Shown here one piece after another: positions 1 through 15,810 of a stretch of DNA of 64,000 nucleotides. The DNA is from Chrysomallon squamiferum. Its lineage: Eukaryota > Animalia > Mollusca. The notes under the pieces are model-generated. The model was not told the origin of the DNA. It saw only the letters and a program-made list of their open reading frames with translations, and made no database searches. Numbering within the stretch: position 1 is the stretch's first letter; each line of letters opens with the position of its first letter. The DNA lies in NCBI GenBank assembly GCA_012295275.1, contig CM022667.1, forward strand, positions 16,058,001 through 16,122,000. The letters run 5' to 3'. A program made the position numbers and the translations under genes.

Positions 1-982
1 AAGAAAATGTATTTGTATAACATTGTAAATACTATAACTGATAATGATCAATAATGTTTGTAGAAATAGCTATAGTGATAGCAGTATTGTTGTTATTGCA
101 GTAGTAGTCAATTGTTTTTGTTTTCGTGGCAGTAGTAGTAACTGTCGTAAAAGAGTGGTATTTGCAACCGCAGTAATGGTTGCAAAGCAGTAGCGGTGTT
201 AGTGGTAGTTGTGCTGATAGCTGTAATACCAGTAGTTGTAGTTGTACTAATGGAAGTAGTTACAGAAGTAGTGATATCTGTAGCAGCAATAGTAGTTGTT
301 GTCATAGTTCCAGCAATATGTATGTGTGTGTCTGTGCGTCTCTCTGTTTGTGTGTGTGTGTGTGTGACAAAACAAAACAACAACAATAAAAATAACCTCA
401 AAACACGCATAAATAATTAAGCTCTTGTATACGCACACAGAACGAACCAAATTCCAGAAACAAAACAAGATTTTAATCCATTATGAATTTGATGTTTGTT
501 AATGGCATAAATAATACACATACAACTCATTAATTCCCTTTCTGATTATACATGTGCTTAAGTAAACATGTTACAAAAAAAAAAAAAAAAAAAATATATA
601 TATATAAATTCTTTTGTCGTATCACCTTTACTTATTGAAATGCATGGCAACACATCAGTATTATCTATTTTTGTCATTTCTCGTTTAATCCTCATAAATA
701 GTTTCCATGGCATATGCAGCTCATAATTACTTGGGAATATTGTAGAAACACATAGCAACTATGGATTTTAAGATAACAAATAATGGTCAGTGTTCTGTTA
801 AAAACACTGTCGTAGAGGCGTATTCAGATTTACATATATGTGGTTACTTAGGTGGATATTCATAATTATTTCAGAAAAATATTACCTGTCACCGTTTTAT
901 CTACCATGAAGGCATTTATATTAGGCAAAAATCAACTGATTACTTCCCATTATGAGCTTTATAATTTTCAGTAGGAATGTCA

Positions 983-1022
<40 letters not shown>

Positions 1023-1665
1023 CACTTAAAAGAAATGTCTTAATTTTTGCGTCTGACCATTTGCTGTATGACTATGAAAATAAAACATAACACTTGCAAA
1101 AAACAATAAGTTAAATAAAATAAAATAATAATAATAATAATAATAATAATATATTCTCGATTTTTTTTTTTTTAGATTCTAGCCATCACACACCCCCCAC
1201 ACATACATAATACATAATAATAATATACACACATATATATTCTTAGATTTTTTAGATTTTTCGGTTACAGGAAATGTCCTTTAGGTCAAATGTGAAGATA
1301 TATGACACATTTATCTTCAGTTATAATAATATTAAATATTCTTAGAAACATAATGATTATGTTTACGTTGGCTTAATGATTTTTGAAAAATAATAATGTT
1401 TTGTCCTTTTATTACAAATATAATTATGCTTTATGATTTTGAAAAATAATACTGTTATAGCATATATATTAACCTATTTTGAAAAATTAATGAACACAAG
1501 TATTAACGTTCATATTATGCTGTCTAATCAGACTTCCTCTATCTTTTAACTCCGTTGAAGAAAACATAATTGCAGTTATTTATTTGCTAAATAAGAAAAT
1601 AAATGTATTTTTTGTTATTTTATGTATTGTTTTTAGATTTCTGTTTCTGTTATGAAATGGCTGTT

Positions 1666-1754
<89 letters not shown>

Positions 1755-2820
1755 AATAAAAAACAATAATGACGCTCAGTACTCTTTTCCCCATGAAACC
1801 TCAAAAAAAAAAAAAAAAAAAAAAAAAAAAGAAAGAAAAAAATATAAATGAGGAATATCTCTTCAAACTAATGACCTATTACGTACAAATGTAATCTTAA
1901 ATAAATAAATACAAAAAAAAAAACCAAAAAAAATAACAAAAAAAAAAAAGAACTAACATACTAAAAACTCAGTATAAAACAAATGAGTCGAACACATTTG
2001 TTTTCGAAGCAATCTAATTTTCAGCAAATTACCAATTTCGCTGAAAACAATCTGCCACTGGCGCGTATTGTTTCAAATTTTAAATAATTGGTTTCAGTTA
2101 TTTATAGCATTTACTCCATCTCATTGATTAGTAAACAAAGTTCATCAGCATTACGATACCTAAGTATTACACGCCGTTGGTGACATAACTGTATTCGATC
2201 GGTGCATGAAATGTGTTATTTAAGGACAGAGGTCTCAGAATGAGGAATATATTTGCTCTAAACAATGGTATAATTACATTTGTATATTCTTTTGTTACGG
2301 TTTCCTTGTTTAATGAAAGTGTGTCATGAAGTAAACTAAAGACGTGATACATTTCTACGTGATTGTTTAAATTGATTATAATTCTAACCTTTGCTAATAA
2401 TAAAGAAAAATGTGAAGTGACATGCACGGTTAGAAATGCCGATGAGACTAATCGTTTGGCCCTTTGTATCTTGCTTTCTCTTCCGGAATAATTATGTATT
2501 CAGTTATTTCTGGAATAGTATTAAATCTGGGTTATCGAAATTTGTGGCTCAAATCAGTGTCTTTATTTGTTTCGTTGAAAAAGTATACGTTCTTTATCGT
2601 TCAGCAATTTTGTTCTCCATTTTTGTTTGCAGAGTGCTTTTTACTACAAACGCAGACGTCAGGTGGTATAATTTCCGACCTCGTGATGTTATTAACTACT
2701 TACATTTCTGTCTCTTTCATATAGCCTAGCTGCCTTTGACGTAAAAACCTTGAAAAAGGATACTTTATCGTAAACTGTTCTATTTCCACTTTCGTTTATT
2801 TCTTCAATTCACTACCCGAA

Positions 2821-2892
<72 letters not shown>

Positions 2893-5601
2893 TTTTCAAA
2901 GTGCAGGATGCTGCTAGAATTGTCAATAATTCGAACAATCAAAAATATTTCAAAGAGATACAAATGAAAGGATGCTAATAGCACGGAAGATCAATGAAAT
3001 TCCGTGGCAATCAAAAATATAGGAAAACGTAAACAAAACAAATCAGAAGAATATGTACCAAAATCCCGATTTTGACACCTACCTGTTTATTGTCTTCTTT
3101 ATAATGAAATATATTTCTTATTGGACATTACATCCGGCTCCCTGTCTTTACTGAAATCACATATCCGCTCCTGGTATGTCTAGAGAATAAGAGTACTTTT
3201 ATTATTATTATTTTTGAAGTAGAAACTATATTTTTTCGTCCAAATGGGAAATAACAGAAAGTTTCTACATTCATTAATATCGAAACAGATTTTTTTCTTT
3301 CAAAGATGCCGGAATCAGATCTCATAATGGACATAAAAAATAAAGGAAAAAGAGATAACGAGATAATGTTAAGTGATTAAAAAATAATAATAAAATTAGT
3401 CTTTACACTCTGACTAGAAACAAAGTGCAAATGTACTTTAATAACCTTGTGCTGCCTCTGTCTGTGAAAGACGCGCCCCCTGGCGTTGATCACAGCGTGA
3501 CTGTCGCAGATGTGATTCACAACAGCTTGCTCTGAATGACACGTTAATTTTCACTCGTTTCAGATTCAATTTTTGAAAATTTAATTAGTGCTTACAAGAA
3601 AAACAAGTATCTTTACATAAACCAAACATTCACTTTTTGCATTAGTCGCATTTAGAGTAACACGTATTATGCAGTCGACATAACTCACTAAAATTAAGAA
3701 CAATACTAAAGTCAGTATGGTAACAGCAAGTATTAGTAATTCTTATTAGTAACCGTAGATGGTAGGGGTAACGGTGGAGTTCAGGTTTTTAACACGTACT
3801 GAGTAAAATTATGTCATTTTTATATGTGACGTCATATATACGTACATACATAAATACATATATGCGAATACTTACATACATACATACATACATACAAACA
3901 TACATACATACATACATACATACATACATTATATATATACATACATAAACATACACACACAAATATATATATATATATGTGTGTGTGTATATATATATGT
4001 ATGTATGTATGTATGTATTTATGTATGTAATTATACTCTCTACTAATGTATATATATATGTGTGTGTGTGTATATATATATATATGTATGTAATTATACT
4101 CTCTACTAATTTACATGTAACAAATTTATTAATTTAAAAAAATTTAGTGAAAAGCATTATGTATCTCATATATTATTAATATATTTGTTACTTTAGTCGC
4201 CACAAAAAATAATTATAATTAAGAACAAGAGACAGTCTTGGCTGGAATTATCAATATTTAGTCTCAGAGAACGAAAGATCTGATTTAAATTAGTAATTTT
4301 AGAATTTTTAATTAACCCAACATGACCTATCAGGGCTTTTAATGTCGATAATTTTTATAATTTTTTTTTTTTTTTTTTTTTTAGCTCATGTTAATTAAGA
4401 AATCAAGGAAGTTATTTGATAATTAAGTGTCAAATCACATGCACAGACATGCACTAAATCTTCCGTCTGTAAAATATGTCCGTTAGTTTCTCAGTGAGTC
4501 ACGTAAAAACGTTTAAATCCTCTGTAGGTTCAGATATACCTATGTCCATAATACAATAATCCAGGATTGCCGAAAATAGTGTTAATATATTAGCAGAGTT
4601 GTGGAACCATCGAGATTTTATGAGTTTCGTATTTACAGATGGGTGTTAGGGAGAGAGAGTCGGACAGAAGAAAAGATAGGTATATAGATAGAGAGAAAGA
4701 AAGAGAGAAAGAAAGACAACGAGAGAAAGAGAGAGATAGGAAGAGAGATAGAAGAGATAGGTAGAGACAGGGAGAGAGAAAGAAACATATAGAAAGAGAT
4801 AGAGAGATAGAAAGAAACATATAGAAAGAGATAGAGAGATAGAAGGAGATAATGAATGAGAAAAGATAGAGAGAGTTAGAGATAGAGAAGAAGACGAAGA
4901 AGAAGAAGAAGAAGAAGAAGAAGAAGAAGAAGAAGAAAGAGACAATTAGTGAAAACATACACAGCATCTATGCACATATACTTAAAATATTTTAAAAGCA
5001 ATTAATTTCATACAGACCAGCAGATGGGTACCGAATACATACATCCATTACTGGAAAAACAAAAACACACGAAAAAAACCCCAAACATCTGTAATTAATT
5101 GTATAAATCGTGTCCAATTAACTAAGTAATGATAATGCTGAAAGTACCACGAAATGTGCAATTACCGCGTCAGAAGTTGTCGTTATATAATATCGTAATT
5201 ATACATATATGAATTATAATTATTTACCATCATAATGGACATCTGGGTATACTTCCGCGAAGAAATGTTCAATTACGTATCAAATTATTTATTAAAAGGT
5301 TTAAATTTTATCCATCTAAATGCATACGTCTACTTCCTATCCGTCCAACGTTCAATCCATTAATTCAGTTAGGTGTCATATCTCATATTCATTTTCACGT
5401 CGCAAAATACTGCATTAACTGTGCGTCAGAACGTATTAAATTTAACACACTACAGAGGAAGAGAAAAACACGTTATCAAGTATCGTGAAAATAAAATATT
5501 CATTGGACGATGCATTTTCTGTCACATCAGGTTTGAAGTTATTTTGTAATATGTTTGATATCATACTATCAAACGTATCAATGTCTGTCCGTCGCTCTCG
5601 C

Positions 5602-5632
<31 letters not shown>

Positions 5633-7597
5633 GTCTGTCTGCCTCTATGTATGTATGTATGTATTAGAGATATATCTTCACAAAGAAAGCATATTTAATG
5701 AAGGTTATTAATAATGTTGTTATCAGTAAATTGCATCCCAAGCAACGTTTTGCATTTTAGAGATACAACAAAATCGATTACTAGTAGGTATAGTGTATGT
5801 GTATGTAAATATCTACCTGTCTGTTCATGTCTCTCTCTCTCTCTATTTATCTTTCTCTCCATTGCTATTGATCTGTCTCTCTGTCTATCTATCTATTTAT
5901 TTATTTTTCTACTGTCTGTTTATCTATCTGTCTATGTATCTATATATCTATGCATCCATCTGTGTTTGTGTGTGTGTATATGTGTGTGTGTGTGTCTTTG
6001 ATGTACATACTGTATACATATACCTGCTATCTTTTTAATCATTATCAGATTTCCATAATAAAAATGTCTCCATAATAAAAATACAATAATACATTAAAGG
6101 TTTTGTTCTTTCTAGAATAACGATGATAGTGCGTTTATCTCACGAGAGAAGAAATAAGCACGTTATCTTCAGTTTGCTGCTATCATATTTAGTGTTTGTT
6201 TTGTCTATCGACTACATGTAGTTTGAGTCGAGAACAGTCTTAGGTGGGTTTTTTTCTTCTTTATATAATAGTGGGGTTTTTTTTTGTTGGTTTATTGTTT
6301 TGTTGAAAATTAGTCTTTGTTGGGAATGCATGATGTAATTTCATAGTTTAGTTGTATCATATCATCTGTTTTCAATTTATTATTATTATTATTAATATTT
6401 TTTGATTTAAATTAGATTTGGTTATATGCTTTTTTTTTTTTATTTAATTTTTTTTTATCTTTTCAAAACGGATTGAGAAGACAGCTAGACAGGTAAACAG
6501 ATAAATAGACAAACAGACAGATAGATAGATTAGATAGTCAGACAGATAGGTAGGTAGGTAGATATTTAGAGATTGATAGATAAATAGATAAACATATATG
6601 AATAGATGGATAAAAATATCAGTATTTGAACATAGACACATTATGTAGACAGAATTATTATTATTGCTAGGTATATAATCATAACTATACACTGCTGGAA
6701 TGAAATAACAGAACGTAATAGACTACAGTTTTCAGACTGATGACTTGCAAGACCTCTACGTTTTTTATGGGAATTTTAAACCTCTTCTGAAAGGCAGATA
6801 TTGACATTATTGAATGTCAACAAATTAATTTACTATAGGTATGATTAGTTATAAGTAATTATTTGTAAACCTAGCCAGATCTAGATGTAATTTTCTACCA
6901 CATAATTAAATGCTGTATTGTGTTTAGCACGTTAAAGTGGAGCTCTGATTACAATGAAAAATGAGTCGTCTTATAAACTACACAGCTCCACGTTATTCTG
7001 TGTTTATCGTTTTGCGGGATCGATTTTAGTTATTAAAGAAGTATAACAACAAAAGCATTCTGTTATAAATAGAATTTACCTGGGCTCTGCCGTTTTTTCT
7101 GTAGTCGTGACATCATCGTGTACAGAGCGAAAATATCAGCTGTGGTTTCATTTTGCTTATCCGAATAAACATTAGTCATAAGACCGCCACACACACGACA
7201 TCAGTTATAATAGGAGCAAATTACTGGCGTCATATTGTTTTATAAATGTTTAAAAACGATAAGCAGTCAGAGCAAATAAAATAGTAATTTCTTTCGTGTA
7301 ATGGTTTTTTTTTTCTTTGAACCTTTTTTTTTTTTTTTGTACTGTAAGAAACGAGATCTCCCAGACTGAATAATTAATGTAACAAATCAAATAATTCAGT
7401 CTGCTCCTTAAATACGAGTCGATCATTTGGGACAATTCATAATTACTATATTTACTTATCGAAGACCGTGATATGTGTTTTGCTGTTTATGAGAGGGTAT
7501 ATTCAAAATACGTTTTGCTGCTAACAGATAATAAATAACTAATTAGCTAGAGACATCAGCTTTCCTTTTCATAAGTAGAAGTTTGTTATTATTTTAT

Positions 7598-7661
<64 letters not shown>

Positions 7662-9241
7662 AACAAAAATACATACACATAATAGTATTTCATTCCTGCC
7701 TTTTCCTTTTCATCTTCAAAGTTACATATTTTTCCTCAGAAATTTCGAATTCTCTGCTGAAAAAAAAAAAAAAATTTTCGTATTGTTATCCACGTCAAGT
7801 GTGAACATGACAAAACAGCACAAAAAACAACAACAACAAAAAAACAAAACAAGATAAAATTAAAAACAAACAATAATACAAACAATAATACAAAAAATAA
7901 AATAAAATAATAATAATAATAAAATAATAATAATGAACAGTAATGTTAATACAAAAGAGAACAACAAACAAAGAACGAAAAACAAGACCAAAGCAAATAT
8001 AATAAATAAAAAATAAAAAAATAAAAATAAAAATAAAATAAATAAATAAATAACAATAATAAAATTAAAAAAAACATTAAAAAAATAATAATAAAAAGAC
8101 AAAAAATAAAAAATAAAGAAGAAGAACAAAGAAAAACCTAAAAACAAATAAAGAAACGAACAAAAATACAGCAACAAAGGTAATGACTAAATTTTTATTT
8201 TGTTCTTTATTGCAGTAATCTTTTTTGAAAAGCAGAAAAAATGTCAGTACATCTCTGCTTTCTGCAATCTCGTTTTTAACACGATTTAAAACTCATTCTT
8301 TGATCTAAACGTGACAGTTTTATTGTTCTGTGTATTTAACTGAAATGCAGAAATTTGTTTATTGTTAGTAAATTGAACAGCAAATATAAAAAATTCGGGG
8401 TTTCTTTTTCTTTCTTTCTTCTTTGATCATTACTTCCTTATTTTCACAGACTCTTACATACAAACACAGACAAATACATAAAATACACACACAAACACAC
8501 ACACATGCACACACACACATGCACACACACATATACACACACGCATACATACACACATATGCATACACACACATACATACACACACATGCACACAAACGG
8601 AAACAGTGCATAAATAGACACAGGTGTGTATACTCGTAGAACACATACATACACACATACACACACACATTCAAATGCATACACATATATGTGTGCATGC
8701 ACGTATGCATGCATCTTTACATACAGTTTCCTATATCTAAAAGAAATGATTATTTTTAATTACGGACAGATGTGCCTCTGTCTACTTCAATAACTGAAAG
8801 GAAATTTTATGACAAAGATGTTGTATTGATGCACCATAGTTACAACGATCGATTCTTTATGCTGCTATTTTTAAAAATTAACGGAAAAAAACTTTTAATT
8901 CGTTCGTGCTTTACATAAAATATAACTAATAAGATTTAGTGAATGTGATTACTGTTTTATATAGTGTAGTTTTTTTAATAATGGATGAAATGAAGAAGAA
9001 ATGAAATTTTTTTTTAAGATTTAAACGCCATTTCTTATACAGCAGGATATTTTAAATAAATAAAAAAGTAAACATAAAAAAATGAAACCAGATGCAACAA
9101 AATAATGAGAATAAAAATGAAAACATTATTAATTTGAAATGATATAATAAGAGAAATTAGATTTTTTTTTTTTTTTTTTTTTTTATACAAATAGAGAATT
9201 CCAGATGGATAGGTTTACTGTAGTGATCTGCATCCTAGTGA

Positions 9242-9787
<546 letters not shown>

Positions 9788-12273
9788 AATAATAAAATAG
9801 AAGAGAAAATAGGAAGGTATAAAAAATATAATGAAAAAGAGAAAAACTTTCTTTAAATCATTTATGACTTGAGAACCATTCAATTGAAGAAATCTTCCGG
9901 GATTTTTTTTTTTGCTGCTTTTTTCACAGTTAAATATCTTGAATTCTCAAACTGTCACGTTCAGAATACTTAATAAATCTTATCAGTTTTGTCAGTTTTG
10001 ACATTATAAAAGGCTCAGTTTTAATTATGGTGGTAGTGGTTTTGCTGTAAGGGATATCGACTTGAAACTAGAAAAAACAAAAATGCAAGAAAAAGAAAAG
10101 AACAACAAATATTTTATTGCATCTTCCTATTAAATAAGCCATGAAAACGATTAGTTCTGAATGTAATAAGACAGTTTTTAGTTAGCTGGAAATAATAAAT
10201 AACGTGAACATTGATTATAACAACAGCAACAAACAAACAAACAAAACAGAAAAAATACAACAAACAGTCAATACAAACAAGACCCAATCAATAATACAAA
10301 GCAAAACAGAACTAATTTAGTTCCAGTTAAACAGATACACAAACAAAACTGACTTCGCTTCTAAAAACTGACAGATAGATGCACTGACGCACAGAGAGAA
10401 AATCTAAAAGAACCCTAAAATTTCATAATTCTTTCTTTTTGCAAGATTATGACATTTAAAATAATAATAATAACAATAATAATAATAATAATAAATTAAA
10501 CACCGCAATAATATTAAGTAAAAAAAAAAAAAGAATAAATAAAAAAAAAAATAAGCAAACAAAAACAAACAAAAAAATTAATTATTATAAATAAAATAAC
10601 AAAAAAATAAAATAAAGTAACAACATCAACAAATAGAATAACCAACAATAACAAAAAAACAAACAAAAAAAATTAATCAAGTTCATCACGCTACCCCCGT
10701 CCAAAGAGAAACCCAACTGAAACACGACACCCTGCAAAAAACGACAAATATTAATAAACAAATCTGACTAAAATGTGATTTAAAAACAAAATTAAATAAC
10801 TCTATGATATGGCGTAGAACTTGAATGACGTAATCAAACAAAGAAACAGAAACATACCACAGAAACACTTAATCTGGAATTGTAAATTATTTCTGTCATG
10901 GAAAATACTTTTATACTGCTGCGTTACCAAGGTGATAAGAAAATTTATGAAAAAATGAAAAAAAAAAAAAAAAAAAATGAAAACAAGTTTTTAGTATGGA
11001 ACTGTATGACGTGCAAACATAATTTACGCACACACATACATACATACATATATGTATATACATGCATACATACATATATATAAATATGTGTATGTGTCTG
11101 TGCTTACATACTACGTGACTAAAAATCATCTGTTATTAGATATTAACACACAGTCAAGAAATCATAACCACAGACAGCAGCTGTGTTATTATTACACGAA
11201 CTTTAACATATTTCTCTAGGGGATATGAACACGTCTAGTTATATTACCACAAACAGTCGAGAGAAACATTATCAAAGACAATAATTAATAAATTAACACT
11301 TACATCACACCTCTTGTTAAAAACAAAAAAAAAATCTCTTGAGTTCGATATGTACTGATCTACCAATAGGCAACTATCGTATATCATTTAAATTTTACAA
11401 TGAAAAAAAGAAAAGTCTGAAGAACATAAACATTCTGTGTTACTTTATTACGTTTATTTTACGATTTAATCAAACAAAATATATTTCAGTACACTAAATC
11501 TCGACTGAAATGACGTCACTATTCTGCTGATAATGATAGTGAATGTGATGATGGTAATAATTACCAAAATAATTTTTAAAAAAGTTAAGTTTATAAAAAT
11601 TGAACAACAAATAAAATAAAATAACATATATTTAAATAAATAAATCAATAAAAATAGGTCCAAAATCAAGGGACGTCTGACAACAACAATAAAAAAATTA
11701 ATAATTTTCCAAAACAGTTTAGATAAAAAAAGATTTTAATGTACTCTTCAGCAGTGCTTTCAGATCTCTTACACCCCGCTATGCATTACATGACAACATG
11801 CTTGGCATATGCTTGAATTATTAATAAAATAATTTGATATTTTCACTCTTTTAATCGATACACACCATATTTGCGCAAAATAACCACTACAGTGCTTTTA
11901 GCATCGTCATAAATAAACAAGGAATTGCAATATTAAAAGAAAATTAATAAAATTAATGACGATTTCGTGAATATGGTTTTTGTTTTAAGTATTTAATTCA
12001 GTTTGCTTGATAGGGAATAGTACTATTGAGATGCATGTGAAAGAAGAACAAAATACTAATTAGTTTCTATTTGATCGCCCATTTTATATACTTTTTAAAA
12101 TTTTAATTTAAAACAGTAACTGAGAGAAATATCAACTGTACCCTATTCAGTCTATGCAGTAAAAAGTGCATTTCGATATTAACATTGTCACTACTGAAGA
12201 AAATGAAAAGATTAGAAGTAAGTTTCGTGGGAAATCCGCTACTATGGCACCTTTCTGGTACTAAGGTTGCCGA

Positions 12274-12318
<45 letters not shown>

Positions 12319-12322
12319 ACAT

Positions 12323-12353
<31 letters not shown>

Positions 12354-12688
12354 CAGAAGGTTAGAATGCTGAAACGAAGTGGGATTCTGCCAAGCTGATC
12401 TCACCATCGATCTGAGCAAGTCAAAGCTGGTATGTAAAGACCTTATCCAGTTAATTCTTTTATCCTGCAATCCCAAATTCTACAGAATTAACTGTTTTAT
12501 TTCTCAACTCACCGCACTCGACAACAGTGGAATTACGCCTAGTATGTCGTGGTTTCTTACGAAAACTATTCATCAAAATAAATAGTTCTTAAATAACAAC
12601 CACTTATTTATTGTTTTTAAATGAAACTCTTTTCAAAATGTTTTTTAAAGATCTAAATCAGCAATCAAACACTATGAACGTAACTGAT

Positions 12689-12742
<54 letters not shown>

Positions 12743-12882
12743 ATATATATGTATATATGTATATATGTATATGTATTGTGAAACTAAAACAGATAAACAA
12801 CAAAATTCAAGAAAATATATTTATTGCACCAGGTATTTCAAATTTTGATAACATAAAAATATATATTTATATTTATATGATT

Positions 12883-12999
<117 letters not shown>

Positions 13000-13374
13000 A
13001 TAACAAAAGATATATACTGAGATATATTTTTTATTGTAAAATAAAAAACGCTCTGACAGTCTGATAACTTAACAAACCACTGAACGCAGCTGATTTGAAA
13101 CACTGCAATTGTAAAAATATGAAAATAAAATCACCATATTTAATGTTAAATTAAATAATTTCTTAAAAGAACAAATACATATTTACTCATATAAATGTTT
13201 TTCTCATGAAATAAACCAATCAAATTTTTATGATCTAAATATTACATCAGGCGAACATTATGAATTATTTACTCGCTAATTTGACAGAAACTAAGGAAAG
13301 ACAATCGTGTGGCAATATTTACAGCCGCCGGCTTCAACATTGAATGTAATGTCTTCAACGTCAGGACAAGGAAA

Positions 13375-13450
13375 CCATTTATCAAGGGTATGTTTTTCCC
13401 TTTCTGTAGGAAGGTGAATGCGATGAATTTCTTGCTGCTAATCGATAACG
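13375..13450 (+). mobile_element. Decayed SINE-body fragment (same Nin-like family) downstream of the GPCR stop
   Basis: ATCAAGGGTATG...TTCTGTAGGAAGGTGAAT...TTCTTGCTGCTAATCG is similar to the fragments at 39929-40179. Confidence 0.4.
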
Positions 13451-13473
13451 TTTATAGTTTCTTTTTCTTCCGG

Positions 13474-13525
<52 letters not shown>

Positions 13526-13759
13526 AATACTTGTTCAATATTTTACTAAAATATGTATTAAAATATGTGGAATAAATGTATCATTCAATATGGACTTAAT
13601 ATTGCGTGTATTCAGTCATCTTTTTCTTTTCTTTTTTAAGCGAAGAAGTCGTTTGTTCCCTCTTTTCAATTTTCTTTGTTCAAAGATTTTTTAGCGATAT
13701 ATAATATAACAATTAATAATAATAATAATAATAATAATAAAGTAAATAAATAATACAAT

Positions 13760-14646
13760 CTAAAATAGCATATTTTCATAGAGAACCATAAAGTTATTTC
13801 TGTGGGATCGATTTGCGTGATCCAAAATATCTTCTGCTTTGGGCGCGGCTAGTGACGTCATCACGTGCGACGACCGTTTCAGAAAGCGTTTCTGCGAATC
13901 GGGGTGTTGCTGTTCATGGTAGGTGCAGTGCTCGTACTTTTCTCTGCCGCTGGCACGTTTGCGTCGCTTGTCACAGCACACCCACAACAACGCCCTTCGG
14001 AACTTTTTAGCTACGAAGTTATAAACAATGGGATTGATGGCGTGGTTGGAATAGAGCAGGATTCTGGCGAAGTAGAAAATGGCGAGAAACACGTTCGGGT
14101 TTATGCGACGCAGGACCGAGAGGTCTTCGAACATGGTCCACATAGCCAGAGCTCTGTACGGCGAGTGGCAGACGAAGAACACAAGAACGACGGTTATTAT
14201 AATCTGAATCATCTGCCGCTTCAGGCGAACAATTTCGCTGGGGTAAACCTCCAGACGTCTCTCCTCCTCGTGAAACTGACACATGAGCGCAAAGCAAACC
14301 TTCATGTACAAGAGAACGATGAAGAGAAAAGGAATTACGAAAAACAGACTGGTGATAAGAACCATGTACACTTTGTGCCACGCCATGTGTATCGTCGTGG
14401 TGCACACGTAGACCGGGGTACCGTCCATCAACTGCCTTTTATGGTATTCGGTTATAAACAGAACGGGGACAGCCGACGTTATGGAGATGACCCATATGAT
14501 GACGAAGGTTGTGACGATCGCTCTGGTTGTCGGACCTGTCAGAGTCTGGCTGTGGCAGGCAACACGGAACCGCTCCAGGCTGATTGTTAAAATGGTTGCA
14601 ACCACAGCATGGCTGACTGCATTCTCCAAGAAAGGCACGAATTTGC
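13760..14646 (-). CDS. ETH-receptor-like GPCR, coding exon 2 (TM3-TM7 and C-tail); the spliced protein is 408 aa
   Basis: Acceptor ttttgtgttgcAG|GC-AAA-TTC-GTG. T|GC rebuilds the conserved TM3 Cys (MC-KFVPFLENAVSHA). Motifs: TISLERF, ECL2 DGTPVYVC, TM5 FFVIP..LLY, TM6 FFVCHSPYR, TM7 NHAINPIVY, helix 8 KKFRRA and a CC palmitoylation pair. Stop TAG at 13762-13760. Confidence 0.95.
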
Positions 14647-14703
14647 CTGCAACACAAAATACAGTCTAAGTAAAATGATACGTGTTTATGCATATAACTT
14701 GTG

Positions 14704-14765
<62 letters not shown>

Positions 14766-15702
14766 GAAGAAGAAGAAGTTGAAGAAGAAGAAGAGAAAGA
14801 AGAAGATAACAGAAACAACAGCAACAGCAATGATTATAAAAGAAAGTAAAATAAATTACTTGGTTTATTGAGATCTTTATTTAGTCAGAATTTCAGTCAC
14901 GAAAACTTAGTTGTTGGAACGAAATATAAATATATAAGAATAAATAGATTAACGAATACAGTATAGATGAAGGAAACATCTGTATTGGCTTGGGATTTAA
15001 CAAACGAGTTTGTATCAGAAGAAAATAACTTGTTTATTCTCAGGGTGTTTGTAGCATACGATCTCGACATCTTCATCTCTTTACGAGTCATTTACATTTT
15101 CGACAAACCACAGCAAACCTCAAGGGACGAAACATTGTCGTTTCCACACAATGACGTCCAACGTATTTGTTTACAGTTCATACAAATACTTTATAAACTG
15201 TAACGAAACTATATAACTATTTATAATTGCCATTATAATTAGTTATATATTTTCGATACAGTTTATAAAGGATTTGTATAAACTGTAACGGACTGTGTAA
15301 AGCTAAATATATATATTTTGATATTCTACTGGAAATTAGTAATAATCTATTAGACTGTTTTTATTAGCGACAGTTTAATATATCGTACTAAATGGCAGTT
15401 ATACTGATGTCTTCTCAGTCAAGTGGCGTTTCTAAAACTGTAATAAATCTGGGATGCTTTTGGAATAACTGCACAGATAAAAACGCTACAAATAAAAATG
15501 TGCTGAATAAGTCATTAAATATTACATATTTTCTTTCCTTTTGATTAATGTTTCCTATTTTTTGTAAATTATAGTTGTTGTTGTTGTTATTTTGCTTTGT
15601 TTCATTTTTTTTTATTTATTAATTAATTATTTTTAATTTTTTGTGATTTTTCCATATGACAACATCATTTATTGTTCATGATAATTAAGATATATATGTA
15701 TT

Positions 15703-15810
<108 letters not shown>

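Noticed and set aside
13865-14590. 241-aa plus-strand ORF antisense to GPCR exon 2
   Set aside because: It is a shadow ORF of a GC-richer coding exon, with a non-ATG start and no recognisable domain.
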